A stretch of DNA of 64,000 nucleotides from a virus (Duplodnaviria; Heunggongvirae; Uroviricota; Caudoviricetes): positions 39,998-103,997 of the IMG/VR virus record IMGVR_UViG_3300049215_000227; one strand, written 5' to 3'. The notes under the pieces were generated by a model. That model saw nothing but the letters and a program-made list of their open reading frames with translations, was not told the DNA's origin and did not search any database. Numbering within the stretch: the first letter of the stretch is position 1; every line of letters starts with the position of its first letter. A program made the position numbers and the translations under genes. Positions 26,016 to 37,236 of this stretch are shown here, piece after piece.

Positions 26016-28514
26016 TCAGGACGTAATCTGATAAACTGGAATGGTTCCATAAAGTTGCTCTGGGTAGCGCACTAAGAAGTTGACAAAGATACCGGCGCTG
26101 GCCACTGATTGAATTAAGTTCTCTAGAGTTAACCTAACGCTTGAAGGGTTAGTGATGTATGGCGGGAACTCTGTTCCTAGCCCACTCATGATGTGCGGCC
26201 CCTTGTTGTTGATGGCTGTTACGGCCGATCCAGAGGCGTGATTAAACTGAAAGATGTAGCTAGGATCCAAGACGATAGAGCTGTCGTTAGGGGTGTATAG
26301 GTAACGAATAGGACCTTCTTGCGTCTCGAGACCGTAGTCAAAGATGACAAAGCCACCGCCCGATGGGATGGTATTCTGAGTTAAGGATAGCAGTGGAACG
26401 ATCTGACCGGCGTGAATGGCTTGCGTTGTCGATGCTGTGTTTGACGATAGCACGAATGGAGCAGCAAGATCCCAGACGTAAGTTCCTGTGAGTCTAGTAA
26501 ATGTGCTAGGAAGAGCGTTGGTGATTATGACGAGCGAAGCGGTGTCAGATAGCCCAATGTTCTCTACCATTGAGTTTCCTGGAATAGTAGCTGTCCCGTC
26601 GATGCCCACAGCGTCAAACGTAAAGGTATTACTGGTTACTGAAGTAATAATAAAGCTACCATTTAAGTTTTCATTGAAAGTGATAGTCTCAGTAGCACTA
26701 CCAGTTGCAGATAATGTCATAGTGACCGTGTTTCCGGAAACGCTCTGCACCTGTGTTCCAGTTGGAATGTTGGCGCCAACAATGAGCTCGCCGGCCGCGA
26801 TAGTGTTGGTTGGCGAGACGCTCGTGATCAGGTTAAGGCCGTTCGTCACCGTTCCTGTGGAAGTTTGACTGACGATGCCGCTCGATCCAAAGATGGATAC
26901 TGGTTGACCGACCTGATAGTTGTGCGTACCTGCTGTTGTAGCTGTAACAACGCCTCCGCTTCTAACGAGGCTAGTTAACACTTGCTGATCTAGTGTAGCA
27001 ACTGGAGGCAAATCTGGAGTGATGCCGTAAAGCGTGTTGCCAGCAAACTGAACTACTAGGTTCGTTCCACCTTGAGTTACAGGAAACGTAAGGGTAACTG
27101 CGTTTCCAACTATGCTAGCGATCCTAGCGTACGAAGGAACGCCGGGCATAAACACGTTCATGCCCACTGCAAGACCTGCAACGGAGCCAAGGTTGGTGAT
27201 CTGATTTCCGCCGGTCACCGTATCGCCAGTGGTTTGAAGTACTAGCCTACTAGTGTAAGAGTACTTTACAGGCGTACCTTGCAAACGCCCATTAAACTTA
27301 TTAGAAGCTAACGTATCTTCGGTTGGCGTGAAATATCTAGTTTGAATCTCATCTACTGGTTGCAACCAGAAGTTGCCAGCCATAGGAAAGCTGGAGGCGT
27401 CTGCCACCGTGAGGGATGTCGAACTGTTGAACGCAGTCATGGCGCTGACGGCGCCGTTGATATGCATGGAGCCAGCTAGCGATCTCTTGACGACTGGAGG
27501 AGTTGCAGGCATCTCAACGATAGCTTCACCTGGCTTAACTTCCCACGTAACAGCCCTACTATCCTGAGTGTAAACCACATACTTATTAGGCGTGAAGAAC
27601 TTAGTCTGTGTGGCGTCAGTTTGAGTGTATGTTCCAGGCGTACCAAATAGATCGGTCACTGTGAAGCTGTTGTTACCTAGATCAACCTTATTAATAGGAA
27701 ATGATCCAGTGTTGCCAGGCAGAAGTGAGATCAAGATGTCACCAGCTTGAACGCTAGATAGCACAGGAGAAGCGCCTGCCACATACTGATAGGTGGTTTG
27801 ATCGCCAACCTTCGTGATCGTCCACTGGGTGTTAACTCCATTACCAGAGATCGTGTTGAAGCCGTTAAACTGCAGCGCGATGTTCGCTCTACCGCCTACG
27901 ATCTGCAAGGACCCTTTGGAGCCGATGGTGTTGGAGAAGATCTTAACGTAAAAGTTTTTGTTTACGTTGTCATAGTAGTTTTCAGCAAAGCTGTGCTGTG
28001 CCTGCCTGTTGATGGCTGCAACAACTTCCTCTGCTGTAGCGGCAGAAATGTTGGTGAAGTCAGAGGTTGTAAACTTGATGAGCTCGTCATACAACCCGTC
28101 GACCTTGTATTCAAGCTCCCAGCCGTCCTGCAGGAGGTATGTTTGAGGTTGACCAGACACGATGAAGGCCGTAGTGGTTTCCTTCTCAAAAAAGATGTTT
28201 AGCAGCTGATCGATGATGAGCTTGACCTGCTTTGGAGTGTAGGCAAGTATAGGAACATACTTCTTGAATGTGGCGTCATCCATCCCAACGCCTAGAGGTC
28301 TAGAGATACCATCGTTGGCTGCTAAGTTGTCTAAGTATGGTCTGTAAGCTGTCTTGAGGAAGAATTGCTTCTTGACCTCGTTCATCAGATCGAATACAGC
28401 CTGGTCCGAACCGCCTAAGGCTTCTACGACAGCCTTCCAGTTAGGATTGTTCCTAGTGTTGAAGTGACTAGGCATCAGGTCATGAATTTGATCTATTTTT
28501 GTCCTGTTGTCCAT
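26016..28514 (-). CDS. baseplate wedge protein (gpI/gp7-like)
   Basis: Follows baseplate J; KTAYRPYLDNLAANDGISRP..DATFKKY pattern. Confidence 0.6.
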   Translation of the reverse strand: MDNRTKIDQIHDLMPSHFNTRNNPNWKAVVEALGGSDQAVFDLMNEVKKQFFLKTAYRPYLDNLAANDGISRPLGVGMDDATFKKYVPILAYTPKQVKLIIDQLLNIFFEKETTTAFIVSGQPQTYLLQDGWELEYKVDGLYDELIKFTTSDFTNISAATAEEVVAAINRQAQHSFAENYYDNVNKNFYVKIFSNTIGSKGSLQIVGGRANIALQFNGFNTISGNGVNTQWTITKVGDQTTYQYVAGASPVLSSVQAGDILISLLPGNTGSFPINKVDLGNNSFTVTDLFGTPGTYTQTDATQTKFFTPNKYVVYTQDSRAVTWEVKPGEAIVEMPATPPVVKRSLAGSMHINGAVSAMTAFNSSTSLTVADASSFPMAGNFWLQPVDEIQTRYFTPTEDTLASNKFNGRLQGTPVKYSYTSRLVLQTTGDTVTGGNQITNLGSVAGLAVGMNVFMPGVPSYARIASIVGNAVTLTFPVTQGGTNLVVQFAGNTLYGITPDLPPVATLDQQVLTSLVRSGGVVTATTAGTHNYQVGQPVSIFGSSGIVSQTSTGTVTNGLNLITSVSPTNTIAAGELIVGANIPTGTQVQSVSGNTVTMTLSATGSATETITFNENLNGSFIITSVTSNTFTFDAVGIDGTATIPGNSMVENIGLSDTASLVIITNALPSTFTRLTGTYVWDLAAPFVLSSNTASTTQAIHAGQIVPLLSLTQNTIPSGGGFVIFDYGLETQEGPIRYLYTPNDSSIVLDPSYIFQFNHASGSAVTAINNKGPHIMSGLGTEFPPYITNPSSVRLTLENLIQSVASAGIFVNFLVRYPEQLYGTIPVYQITS

Positions 28515-28516
28515 AG

Positions 28517-31500
28517 TTACGCGATGCTGATGTTATTAGCCGAAATGATAGCCTTCTCGTTGCTATTCAGAGTTATACTCTGGGTACTTGGTGTAGGATT
28601 CGTGAACGTCACGGACGCCACACCCTTGACCTGCATCACGTTTGCGATGATCTGGGACAAGATGATTGGAGCTCCAACGCCTAGACCCTCAACATAATTG
28701 ATGATGGTTGACTTGATGTTATTGGAGACATCTCCAAGGTTCACACCTTCGTTAGTGATAACGTTCAATCCAAGGTTTACTTGGAATGGAAGTGGAGGTA
28801 GAGTTTCAATCGAGCTACCGACAGCGCGCTGACCTGGGAAGTCAGAGGCATCAGGCTCAAAGCCGTCCACGATTCTCTGCACCTTCTGGAGAAGGCCCGT
28901 GTAGTACGAGTAGCCGTCGATGCCGACGATCGTGTTGTTGCTGTATCCAAGCTTGCCCATGTGGGTGATGCTGGAGTTGTTAGCCGTATTGAACTTGTAG
29001 CTCCTGCTGTACGGATAGACGTAGATCGATCTCAAGCTGCTCGATAGGTCGTCGAGAACGCTGCGAGACACCTGTCTGATCGAGTAGAACTTGTTGGTCA
29101 AACTCTCGATCGTGTAGAAGCCGTTTACGCTTACGGACATCTGAACGCCGGTCTGCGCTACGCCAGAGCTGTTAGCAACCCTAATGAACGGCTTGTAAGT
29201 AGATGGCTCAGTGCCGTACTCGCCGATCGCGAAAGATCCAACGTTGTTAACGTTGAACCAGTTGGAGTCAACGATGTTCTGAATGAACAGCGTGTCGCCC
29301 TCAACAACTGCGTCACCTTCGTACACAGCGATGTCGTCAACGCTCTCAAGGTAAACACCCTTGTCGTAATCTGCAGCCTCGTTGTAGAAAACGCCCACTG
29401 CCGAGTTCGTGGACCCACCGTAGTTACCACCAAGAGTGATGGAGGTAGCAAGCGCTGGATTGACGTTGTTCATGCTGATAACTTGCAGATATAGGTTATC
29501 TGCGTCAGTTTGCTTCTTAACCCAATCACCGACTGCAAGGTACTTAAATGCTCCTGCAACGCCAGTCACCGTGTTGGTGTTAGCGGTGAACGACACCTGT
29601 ATATCTTGATTGTTTAGCAGTCTGATGGTGTTTAGCTGATCTGTTGCCTGCGAGTTCAAGAAGATGATCGAGTCGTTGTCGACTGCAAGCACTCTGAACC
29701 TTCCGTTATTGTTAGAGCTGAAGGTCGTTCCTGCAAGCACCAGGTAGTCATCTACAGCCACGCCGCAACTTAAGAAGCTAGGTGATTGACCATCTTGTCT
29801 GCTCAACCTTACTAGGTTATTGTATCCAAGGCTTTGCAACCTATAACGCGTAGGAGTTAAGGTAGACTTGATGATCGATGCGAAGGTTACAGTTTCGCTG
29901 AAGTCAGATCCTGCGAGAGCAAACGTGAAGGAGGATGCGCTCGTCACGGTGATGCTGGTGTATACGCCATCTGGAACGTTGAAGCTATCGCGAATGCTTA
30001 CGCTGTCGCCGGTGCTCAAGAAGTGAGGGTTGTTGCAGTTGACAGTGACTGTGCCTGACGTTCTGGATAGGCTGTTTGCTGCCACGTAGTTAGCGTGTCC
30101 AAGCGTCCACTTGATGACTGGAGTTGGGCAAATCTGAACTGTTCCTGAGCCCACCGTCGTGGAGGACATAGGCTTACCGAACGGATTCGCAACGTCAAAG
30201 TAGTTTGAGCCAACATTTACGTTGATAATAGGAAGTCCCGAAACCTTAGCATCGCCGGCAAGCTTTACCTGGTTGTTCTGGTCCCAACCTGACAAGCTTC
30301 CGAAAGCGTAGACCAAATCACCAGCATTTACGTTGGTGAAGTTCACTCCAACGCCAGTTGCGGTCCATCTCCACACATAGCCTGATGGCAAGCTGTAAGA
30401 AGCTGACACATCGACGATGGTGAATGACGTAGAAGATGTAATTCCTACAGACTTTGGATTGTAGGTGTACTCGATCACGCCAGCGCTTGGGTTAAGAACG
30501 TTAATGGTATCTGAAGTAGACAAGCGGTTGAGACGCTGGACACCGGCTTCGTTCTGCAGCATGACGATATCGCCGTTGTTGAACGTATCTGGGAACGCAG
30601 GAACTCTAACAGTCAAGAAGCTACCGCTGGAGTCAGTATCAACCTCAGATTCAGCTTGAATAAACATCTTAGATTGATTGCCGGTGCCGCCGATAAACTC
30701 GATAGCTCCTGCAGAACCAAGTTGATTAGACCTAATCTGAACGTTCTTCCTGTCATCTGCAATGTCGACAGTTGCCACGATAGGTAGTTGAGACAAGGCT
30801 TTCTGAGTGAAGTGATGGTAGAGGTTCTGAACCGTCGTTGGGATCAGCTTAAATAGCTCACCGTTCGTTGCGACGTCAAAGTTTGGAGCTGTATCCATCG
30901 AGTAGATGGTCGACACGCCTTGCAGCAAGAACGGAACCTTAGTAGTAAAGTTAGGATTAGCATTCTCGAAGGTCTTAATCCAGTTTTGACCGTCATACAG
31001 AGCTACATAGCCTCTTAGACTTGGACTTGTAGGGTTATGGCCGTATCCTAGGGCCGTAGCATTGCCCGCGTACGAGTAAGATTCTTCTTGCGTAGAAACC
31101 GTGATGAGCAAGCTTGGCGATCCAACTGCTGTTGCAGTCATCGTGGAGCTGTTGTTGATCGTTCCAACGATGCTAGATACTGATGTTCCAGTAAGTGGAA
31201 AGATAACCACTCCAGCAGGGTTTGCGATGAGCTCTGGCGCAGCGTTGCTGCCATCGGTCGACGAAACTCCAAATCCGGACGTTCCTGCGCTAGCGTTAGG
31301 TACGTTTCCGTCGAAGGTGTTAGTGATCGTAACTACGTTGCTGAGAACGCCAGCAGTAAACTTAGTGTCTGTGTTGATTGCTTGCTGAATGGCTAAGGCA
31401 ACTGTGTTAGCGCTTGCACCTGCATTGAAGTTGAAAACTCTGATCGATCTAGTAGCGCCACTAAAAGGCTCTGGAGTTCCTTGATTGCCAACGTCAAACC

Positions 31501-34500
31501 ATACGGATACTGATCCGTTATCGTCATAGATGAGGAAATACTTGCCGTTGAGCGAGGCGTTGTTAGTTCCAGTAGTTGTTGCTACGCCGAATCCGGATGT
31601 GCCAGCAGTTGCGTTAGCTAGAGCGCCATTCTGATTGTTCGTGATGGTGATCTGATTGCCGCTGACGCCAGCCGTGAAAGCGCTGTCTTGATTGAGGGCG
31701 TTGGTAATCTTAGTTGCTACCGTGTTAGCAGAGTCGCCAGAAAGCACCGTACCAACCATGATGTAACGGTTGGTTCCTGCCGAAGGTTGAGCAGCGGTAC
31801 CATTCTCATTGATCCAGACAGCTACTGAGCCAGCGGTATCGTGAATGATAAAGTACGTGCCGTTCAAAGATCCAGAGGAGTCTGCGACAGTTGTGATGGT
31901 GTAATCGGTAGGCGTTCCAAGAACGTCTGCAATCGTCGTGATCGTGTCAATCTCTGGTGATCCTGGTGATGTAGGAGACCCATTAGGATTGAACACACGA
32001 ACCGTGTTGCCGCTAATATTCTTAACGCCAAACTGTCCCTCGTTGGCGTTAGAAACGCCAGATGCATTAGTGATGCTCAGTACATCGCCAACGACAACTG
32101 ATGTGAACGTGCCAGCGGAGAACGTGTAGTCATAGTAGTTGCCAGAAGAAGGCGCACCAGCTGGAAAGTTAGTAGTCGTGTCAGGATATGGGCCGGTGAC
32201 CGTGATGGTGTTACCGCCAGACAGCGCGATAGGTCTTGCAGAACCAGATCCGAAGAAGTACGAGAAGGTTGTGAAGGCTGGCGTGTTGACAAAGCTTGTG
32301 GTTGCGCTCTGATTAGCCTTAGTAGGGTACTGCATGTTGAAGCGGAATGCGTCACCCTGAGGACCGTACTCAGCAGCTCTCAAGATCATTGCGCCTAGAC
32401 CAGAACCAACGCCGCCAGAAGCATACCAGTTATGCGATCTCAGCCAGACAGCGTAGTCATTGAAGTTAGTCTTATTTTGCGTGGTTCCCCAAACCGTTAG
32501 GTTAGAGAAGTCAACGCCAGTCTGATTGTCAAAGTCATTGGCAGAAAACTCAGTAGACGTAGGAATAAACGTTCCAGCATTAGATCCTGAGTTAATTTGA
32601 CCGGTGCGCGCCATGTTGATGTTGATGGTGTTGTTCTGAGGATTATTGTCTAGAACAACTACGACCGTGTCTGTTGCTGAGAGCTGCATAGGCTCAACGA
32701 TCTCAAACTCGTCGCCAACGATGTGATCCAAGCTAGTTCTAGCCAGACCTTGTTGAGTTCCAACTTGATCGCTTCCTAGCAGCGCCGCGATGCTTCTAAT
32801 CTGATCCCTGTTATTGCCTCTGGTGAAAGCAATGATGTTATCTGGATCAACGTACGAGCTGTTGAGCTTGCCAGTTGACGTCAACGTTTCGCTGTAAGGA
32901 GACGAGTACGGAGGAGCATCTGGCACAGCGTCAGATGTTAAAGCACCCTTGGAGTCGACGAACACCTGTCTGTTAAGCCAAGCGTTTGCCTCAGAAGGCT
33001 TAGCAAACTTAAAGTACGTAAGGATGCTCTTGCTAGAGACAATGTTTGCAACTTCTGGCGGATTACCAAGTTGAGCAGCAACTGTTGCGCTGAATAGTGA
33101 GGTTGCGTTACCCATCACAACTGGGATAGCAATGCTGCCGCCTTGCTCAGTGGTAGACGTAATCTTGACAGCATCGGATTGGTAAGCAGTTGCTAAGACG
33201 TTTACGATGTTGTCGTTGATTGAGTTGATGACGTCACTGATAGAAGCTACAGGTGGATTTGGAGTGAAAGTTCCAAGCCACAACTGAGGGTATCCGTTCG
33301 TTGAGAAAGCCTGAATATCTGTTGGATCAGCTACCGTGACAGCTTGAGGAGTAACAGTGGGGTTCAACACGTCGACGTAAGAGTCAACTCCTGGAGTCGT
33401 ATGGCCACCCTTGTCAACGATCTTGAATAGACCGGTGTTGTTGGTTGCAAGCCACGCCGTAGCGCGAGTCGTCATGTAGACAAAATCGCCGGGAAGCAAG
33501 TTTGCAAGTGCTCCAAGCGAATCAGCCATGATCCTCATGACGTTAGTGCTTGGATTGCTGATAGTTAGCGTTGAACCAATGAGAGCTGCGACTGTACGCT
33601 TATTGCAGTAGGTCGAATCTGCAACGATGATCATTTGGGCTGGTCTACCAAAGCCATCAGTTGTTACGCTGTAGTTACCGCTAGGAGTAGCTGTAGAGGT
33701 AACAAAACCCTTAGCGTCAGTGGTGCCTGCCGTGATCGTGTCACCGGGATGAATGGTCGTCAAGATTTCTAGGTTGCCAGTTTGTCTGTTGAGGATGAAC
33801 TGACCAGTTTGACCAACTGAGCTGGTAGCTTGCGTTGGGAATAGCTGCGCAAGCAGGGTGCCGCCTGTTGCAGCCAACGACGAGCTAGAGCCAGTTTGAT
33901 TGGAGTTAATCTGCATTGTCTGATTAGACGTTGCAGTAGCCGTGATACCAGCAAACTGCGAGTTGAACGCTGCAACCCAATCAGCGAGCGTCAAGTTAGC
34001 GAAAGATGTTGCTCCTGGGAAGTTGCTCAAGCTAAAAGATCTGTTCTGCTCTGGAGTTCCGTCGACAGAGAGAATCAAGTTTCCAGCGCCAGTGATATTC
34101 CAGGACGCGAAGCCAGTGGTCTCAATCTGAGCAGTGATGGTTTTCTCTTTCAAGCGAGTGCTGTTTTGATACAGCGAGATGAAGGAGAACTCCGACACTG
34201 GAAACTCCAAGATGGAGTTAGCGTAAAGTGTTGGGTCGTCGCTTGCCTGTAGAGGAGTGACTTGGATTACCTCAGCATCAAAGGCTGTAGGGTAAAGGAG
34301 GATGTTTTGAGAGTTGTTAGTTAAGCGAGCACTAAACGTAGTTGACTGCTTATTGATGGCAACAACAACCTCAGCAACTTGAGCAGCAGTGATATTGACG
34401 AAGTCAGAGGTCGAGAAGAATACTGTCTCTTCCTTGCCGTCGACTGCAACGCGCAAGAAGGAACCGTTGGTGAGCGTGAATGGCCCAACTCCTGCGTTGA

Positions 34501-35608
34501 TAACTTGAGGTCTCGTTACGGGATAGTTGGCAAGTTGCAAGAACTGCTCTTTGCCGGTAGCGTTCGTCAAGAGAACGTCCACTGACTGACCAGCGTACGA
34601 AGGCTGGAAGCCTGTGCCATCATCGATGTATAGAATAGAAGGCTGACCAACGCTAGGCGGCTCCGCGATGACCGCAGAAGCAACCTGCTTGCTGTCATCC
34701 GAGTCAGATACGCCGATAACTGCGGATAAGATTGCCGCCGAAGTTCCTCTAGCAAGAGTATTCGGATACGACTTGATCCTGTTTCTTAGGTCTTGGTCAG
34801 TCTCAACGTCAGTTCCACCAGTGAAGGCAGAAGGGTTGGACACTCCAGCGCCTGGGAAAGGAAGCGTGTCGAACTGAATGATGGTGTTGATCGGAGCGTT
34901 GCTCACTGATCCTGCAACTAGAGCTTGAGCAGCTACGTTAGAAACTTCAGTTTCACCTGCAGGAAGGATTGCGTCACGAAGCGTTACGTAGTCAATCTCT
35001 GGGTTGAGATTGTTCGCTGGGATCTTGATGATAGTTCCAGCAGCAATGATTCTATCTGGCTGACCTTGAGAGTTGACAACGATGTCAGAGATCAAGTGAT
35101 TGTTCTGCAATGCAGAAGCTAAATTGATCTGAGAGAAGGTTGGAAAAACAGTGATAGAGGTGTACGCGATTGGACCTTCAAAGGAAGGCGTGCCGCGACC
35201 GATGTAAAGCGTTCCAGTTGGCGCCCAGCCAGCGGTGTTGTTAACGAACAGTACCGTTTGTCCTGCGATAGGAGCTGGCTTAATGACGTATAGGTTTGTG
35301 CTCTGCTTCGTGATGTTATTGTTGAAGAGAGAGACGTTGCCAGAAGCTTTGGTTGCAGCCTTACGGGATAGACCGTAGTCAGCCGCTCTATTATCAAGGT
35401 CTACACCTTGAACTGTGTCAATGTTAAGAAGGTTTAAGAGACTTAAGATCGCAGCGTTGTTTTCAAAGTCATTAGCAGCCGCTGCCTCAAGAAGAGTGAG
35501 GAGCACTGAGCCCTGATTAACGTCGTTGAGCGGCGTATTGGCGATGATAGTACGAATCATCGCGCCTAGGAGCTGGTTAAAACTTTGGATCTTAATCTGT
35601 GACGCCAT
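28517..35608 (-). CDS. giant baseplate J (gp6-like) protein
   Basis: N-terminal SFNQLLGAMI..QGSVLLTLLEAAA, GGTDVETDQDLRNR; C-terminal IKSTIINYVEGLGVGAPIILSQII..VKGVASV; 2363 aa. Confidence 0.85.
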   Translation of the reverse strand: MASQIKIQSFNQLLGAMIRTIIANTPLNDVNQGSVLLTLLEAAAANDFENNAAILSLLNLLNIDTVQGVDLDNRAADYGLSRKAATKASGNVSLFNNNITKQSTNLYVIKPAPIAGQTVLFVNNTAGWAPTGTLYIGRGTPSFEGPIAYTSITVFPTFSQINLASALQNNHLISDIVVNSQGQPDRIIAAGTIIKIPANNLNPEIDYVTLRDAILPAGETEVSNVAAQALVAGSVSNAPINTIIQFDTLPFPGAGVSNPSAFTGGTDVETDQDLRNRIKSYPNTLARGTSAAILSAVIGVSDSDDSKQVASAVIAEPPSVGQPSILYIDDGTGFQPSYAGQSVDVLLTNATGKEQFLQLANYPVTRPQVINAGVGPFTLTNGSFLRVAVDGKEETVFFSTSDFVNITAAQVAEVVVAINKQSTTFSARLTNNSQNILLYPTAFDAEVIQVTPLQASDDPTLYANSILEFPVSEFSFISLYQNSTRLKEKTITAQIETTGFASWNITGAGNLILSVDGTPEQNRSFSLSNFPGATSFANLTLADWVAAFNSQFAGITATATSNQTMQINSNQTGSSSSLAATGGTLLAQLFPTQATSSVGQTGQFILNRQTGNLEILTTIHPGDTITAGTTDAKGFVTSTATPSGNYSVTTDGFGRPAQMIIVADSTYCNKRTVAALIGSTLTISNPSTNVMRIMADSLGALANLLPGDFVYMTTRATAWLATNNTGLFKIVDKGGHTTPGVDSYVDVLNPTVTPQAVTVADPTDIQAFSTNGYPQLWLGTFTPNPPVASISDVINSINDNIVNVLATAYQSDAVKITSTTEQGGSIAIPVVMGNATSLFSATVAAQLGNPPEVANIVSSKSILTYFKFAKPSEANAWLNRQVFVDSKGALTSDAVPDAPPYSSPYSETLTSTGKLNSSYVDPDNIIAFTRGNNRDQIRSIAALLGSDQVGTQQGLARTSLDHIVGDEFEIVEPMQLSATDTVVVVLDNNPQNNTININMARTGQINSGSNAGTFIPTSTEFSANDFDNQTGVDFSNLTVWGTTQNKTNFNDYAVWLRSHNWYASGGVGSGLGAMILRAAEYGPQGDAFRFNMQYPTKANQSATTSFVNTPAFTTFSYFFGSGSARPIALSGGNTITVTGPYPDTTTNFPAGAPSSGNYYDYTFSAGTFTSVVVGDVLSITNASGVSNANEGQFGVKNISGNTVRVFNPNGSPTSPGSPEIDTITTIADVLGTPTDYTITTVADSSGSLNGTYFIIHDTAGSVAVWINENGTAAQPSAGTNRYIMVGTVLSGDSANTVATKITNALNQDSAFTAGVSGNQITITNNQNGALANATAGTSGFGVATTTGTNNASLNGKYFLIYDDNGSVSVWFDVGNQGTPEPFSGATRSIRVFNFNAGASANTVALAIQQAINTDTKFTAGVLSNVVTITNTFDGNVPNASAGTSGFGVSSTDGSNAAPELIANPAGVVIFPLTGTSVSSIVGTINNSSTMTATAVGSPSLLITVSTQEESYSYAGNATALGYGHNPTSPSLRGYVALYDGQNWIKTFENANPNFTTKVPFLLQGVSTIYSMDTAPNFDVATNGELFKLIPTTVQNLYHHFTQKALSQLPIVATVDIADDRKNVQIRSNQLGSAGAIEFIGGTGNQSKMFIQAESEVDTDSSGSFLTVRVPAFPDTFNNGDIVMLQNEAGVQRLNRLSTSDTINVLNPSAGVIEYTYNPKSVGITSSTSFTIVDVSASYSLPSGYVWRWTATGVGVNFTNVNAGDLVYAFGSLSGWDQNNQVKLAGDAKVSGLPIINVNVGSNYFDVANPFGKPMSSTTVGSGTVQICPTPVIKWTLGHANYVAANSLSRTSGTVTVNCNNPHFLSTGDSVSIRDSFNVPDGVYTSITVTSASSFTFALAGSDFSETVTFASIIKSTLTPTRYRLQSLGYNNLVRLSRQDGQSPSFLSCGVAVDDYLVLAGTTFSSNNNGRFRVLAVDNDSIIFLNSQATDQLNTIRLLNNQDIQVSFTANTNTVTGVAGAFKYLAVGDWVKKQTDADNLYLQVISMNNVNPALATSITLGGNYGGSTNSAVGVFYNEAADYDKGVYLESVDDIAVYEGDAVVEGDTLFIQNIVDSNWFNVNNVGSFAIGEYGTEPSTYKPFIRVANSSGVAQTGVQMSVSVNGFYTIESLTNKFYSIRQVSRSVLDDLSSSLRSIYVYPYSRSYKFNTANNSSITHMGKLGYSNNTIVGIDGYSYYTGLLQKVQRIVDGFEPDASDFPGQRAVGSSIETLPPLPFQVNLGLNVITNEGVNLGDVSNNIKSTIINYVEGLGVGAPIILSQIIANVMQVKGVASVTFTNPTPSTQSITLNSNEKAIISANNISIA

Positions 35609-35635
35609 TTCTACCTTATTTTACTATGAACAACA

Positions 35636-37234
35636 TTACGTGTAGTTGACGCTAAAGCTAATAGGAACAACCCTGTTGCTGCTTCCTGACAACCTTACTT
35701 CCATGTTGATCACTACTGCTGGAGCTTGTCCAGTATTTGACTGGTATAGAACGTTAAGAGACTCGATGCGGTTGAATCGAGGATCCTGGGAGACCTGGGT
35801 GGTTAAGGAGCTAACAATTGCGTTCTTAACTGCTTCTAAATTGTTGTTTTTATTGCCAATTACGTTAACCAGACCAAATCCCTGGTGATATCTAAGTTCA
35901 CCTAACTCAGTAACAACCTTCAGGCGCATGGCCTGGATAGCGTTGTTTAAACCGTAGCTTAGATTGATGTCGTTGTTTGGCGTAAACACCAAGTCGTCAT
36001 TTTGATCAAGCAATAGGTCAATTCCAGCCTGCTTCTCGTCCTCAGCGCTTCCAGCTAGAAACCACGGAACCGTCTCCTGTCTCTGATTTGGCAAGGGTGC
36101 TTGAGACGGAATCAAGATGAACTGCGAGCTGTTGATGGTGTCTGGAGCAAAGATCCTAACGTACGCGCTGGCGGCCGTAGTATATTGACTAAGATTTGCA
36201 GGTCCATTTAAAGTAATAACTAAGTCGCCAGTGGCTGGGATCTGCACGATGTTGGTGACAACGCGTTGGTCTGGAAATGGCTGCGTATTGCTCTGCAGAA
36301 CTACGTGCTGGTTGACGTAGAACTTGGTGCTGTTGTCTACGCCAGACGAGTCAGTTGCTGAGATGTTGATGTCGTTGCCGCTGCCGTTTGTCTGAAGCGG
36401 AACAGCCGAACCAATCTCATCTATGTATGGAGGTTGCAAGCCGTTAGCGATAGCGATGTCTACCCATCTGTTTGGATCGCCAAGGTACCTATAAGCGATG
36501 GATTCCAGGTCATCTCCGTAGTTGAATCTAACTAGTTGCCCAGACGAGTACTGTCCAATGTTGATGTCGGGGTTGTTAGCGTTTGCTCTCGCGATGGCGA
36601 ACGGATCGACTGCCGTATCAACTGGAAATAGGTTTGCTAGGATGAAGTCCACGCTTTGAATTGTAGTCTGTAAAGTTTCTAGATAAAGAATGTCAGAGAC
36701 ATTTGGATTACCTTGAGTTACAGCAACTGCGCTCCTGTTGAACACAGTGTTATATGTAGCATCTGTAAGTCCAAGAGCATCTGCCTGGCGATCACGATAG
36801 TCGATAACATTGCTCTGCAGCTCTAAGAAGTCGTTCTTGGTGTAGTTTTTGACCGTAGTGATCGTAGAATTGATTACACTCTGCTCCTCAACGCTGAGGT
36901 TGATGGAGTTGATCTGAATGTTGTCCCACACTGCGTAGAACCTAAAGAACGTGTCTGAGGAGGACAGCGGGTTAATGACAGAGGTGCTGTTCCTCTGAAT
37001 CTCAACGAAGCTCGTGAAGTCCTTCAACTGCTGAGCAAATAGGTCAGGATTGAAGTAGGAGGAAACTTTAGCTTCCAGCGTAGGAAGAATTATGTTCCAC
37101 GAGGTTTGGAAGTAGCTCCATCTCATTGGGATGATGGAAGGCACGTCTGCGAGAACAAGCTGATCGCCTGTCTGCAGCTTAAACCAGAGGTTTATGTTTG
37201 CAATGCTTTGGTATGCCTGATTAAGCGTTGCCAT
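35636..37234 (-). CDS. baseplate protein: LysM-like + gp25/gpW-like fusion
   Basis: GDDLESIAYRYLGDPNRWVDIAIANGL; C-terminal GLNNAIQAMRLKVVTELGELRYHQGFG..DPRF. Confidence 0.75.
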   Translation of the reverse strand: MATLNQAYQSIANINLWFKLQTGDQLVLADVPSIIPMRWSYFQTSWNIILPTLEAKVSSYFNPDLFAQQLKDFTSFVEIQRNSTSVINPLSSSDTFFRFYAVWDNIQINSINLSVEEQSVINSTITTVKNYTKNDFLELQSNVIDYRDRQADALGLTDATYNTVFNRSAVAVTQGNPNVSDILYLETLQTTIQSVDFILANLFPVDTAVDPFAIARANANNPDINIGQYSSGQLVRFNYGDDLESIAYRYLGDPNRWVDIAIANGLQPPYIDEIGSAVPLQTNGSGNDINISATDSSGVDNSTKFYVNQHVVLQSNTQPFPDQRVVTNIVQIPATGDLVITLNGPANLSQYTTAASAYVRIFAPDTINSSQFILIPSQAPLPNQRQETVPWFLAGSAEDEKQAGIDLLLDQNDDLVFTPNNDINLSYGLNNAIQAMRLKVVTELGELRYHQGFGLVNVIGNKNNNLEAVKNAIVSSLTTQVSQDPRFNRIESLNVLYQSNTGQAPAVVINMEVRLSGSSNRVVPISFSVNYT

Positions 37235-37236
37235 GC

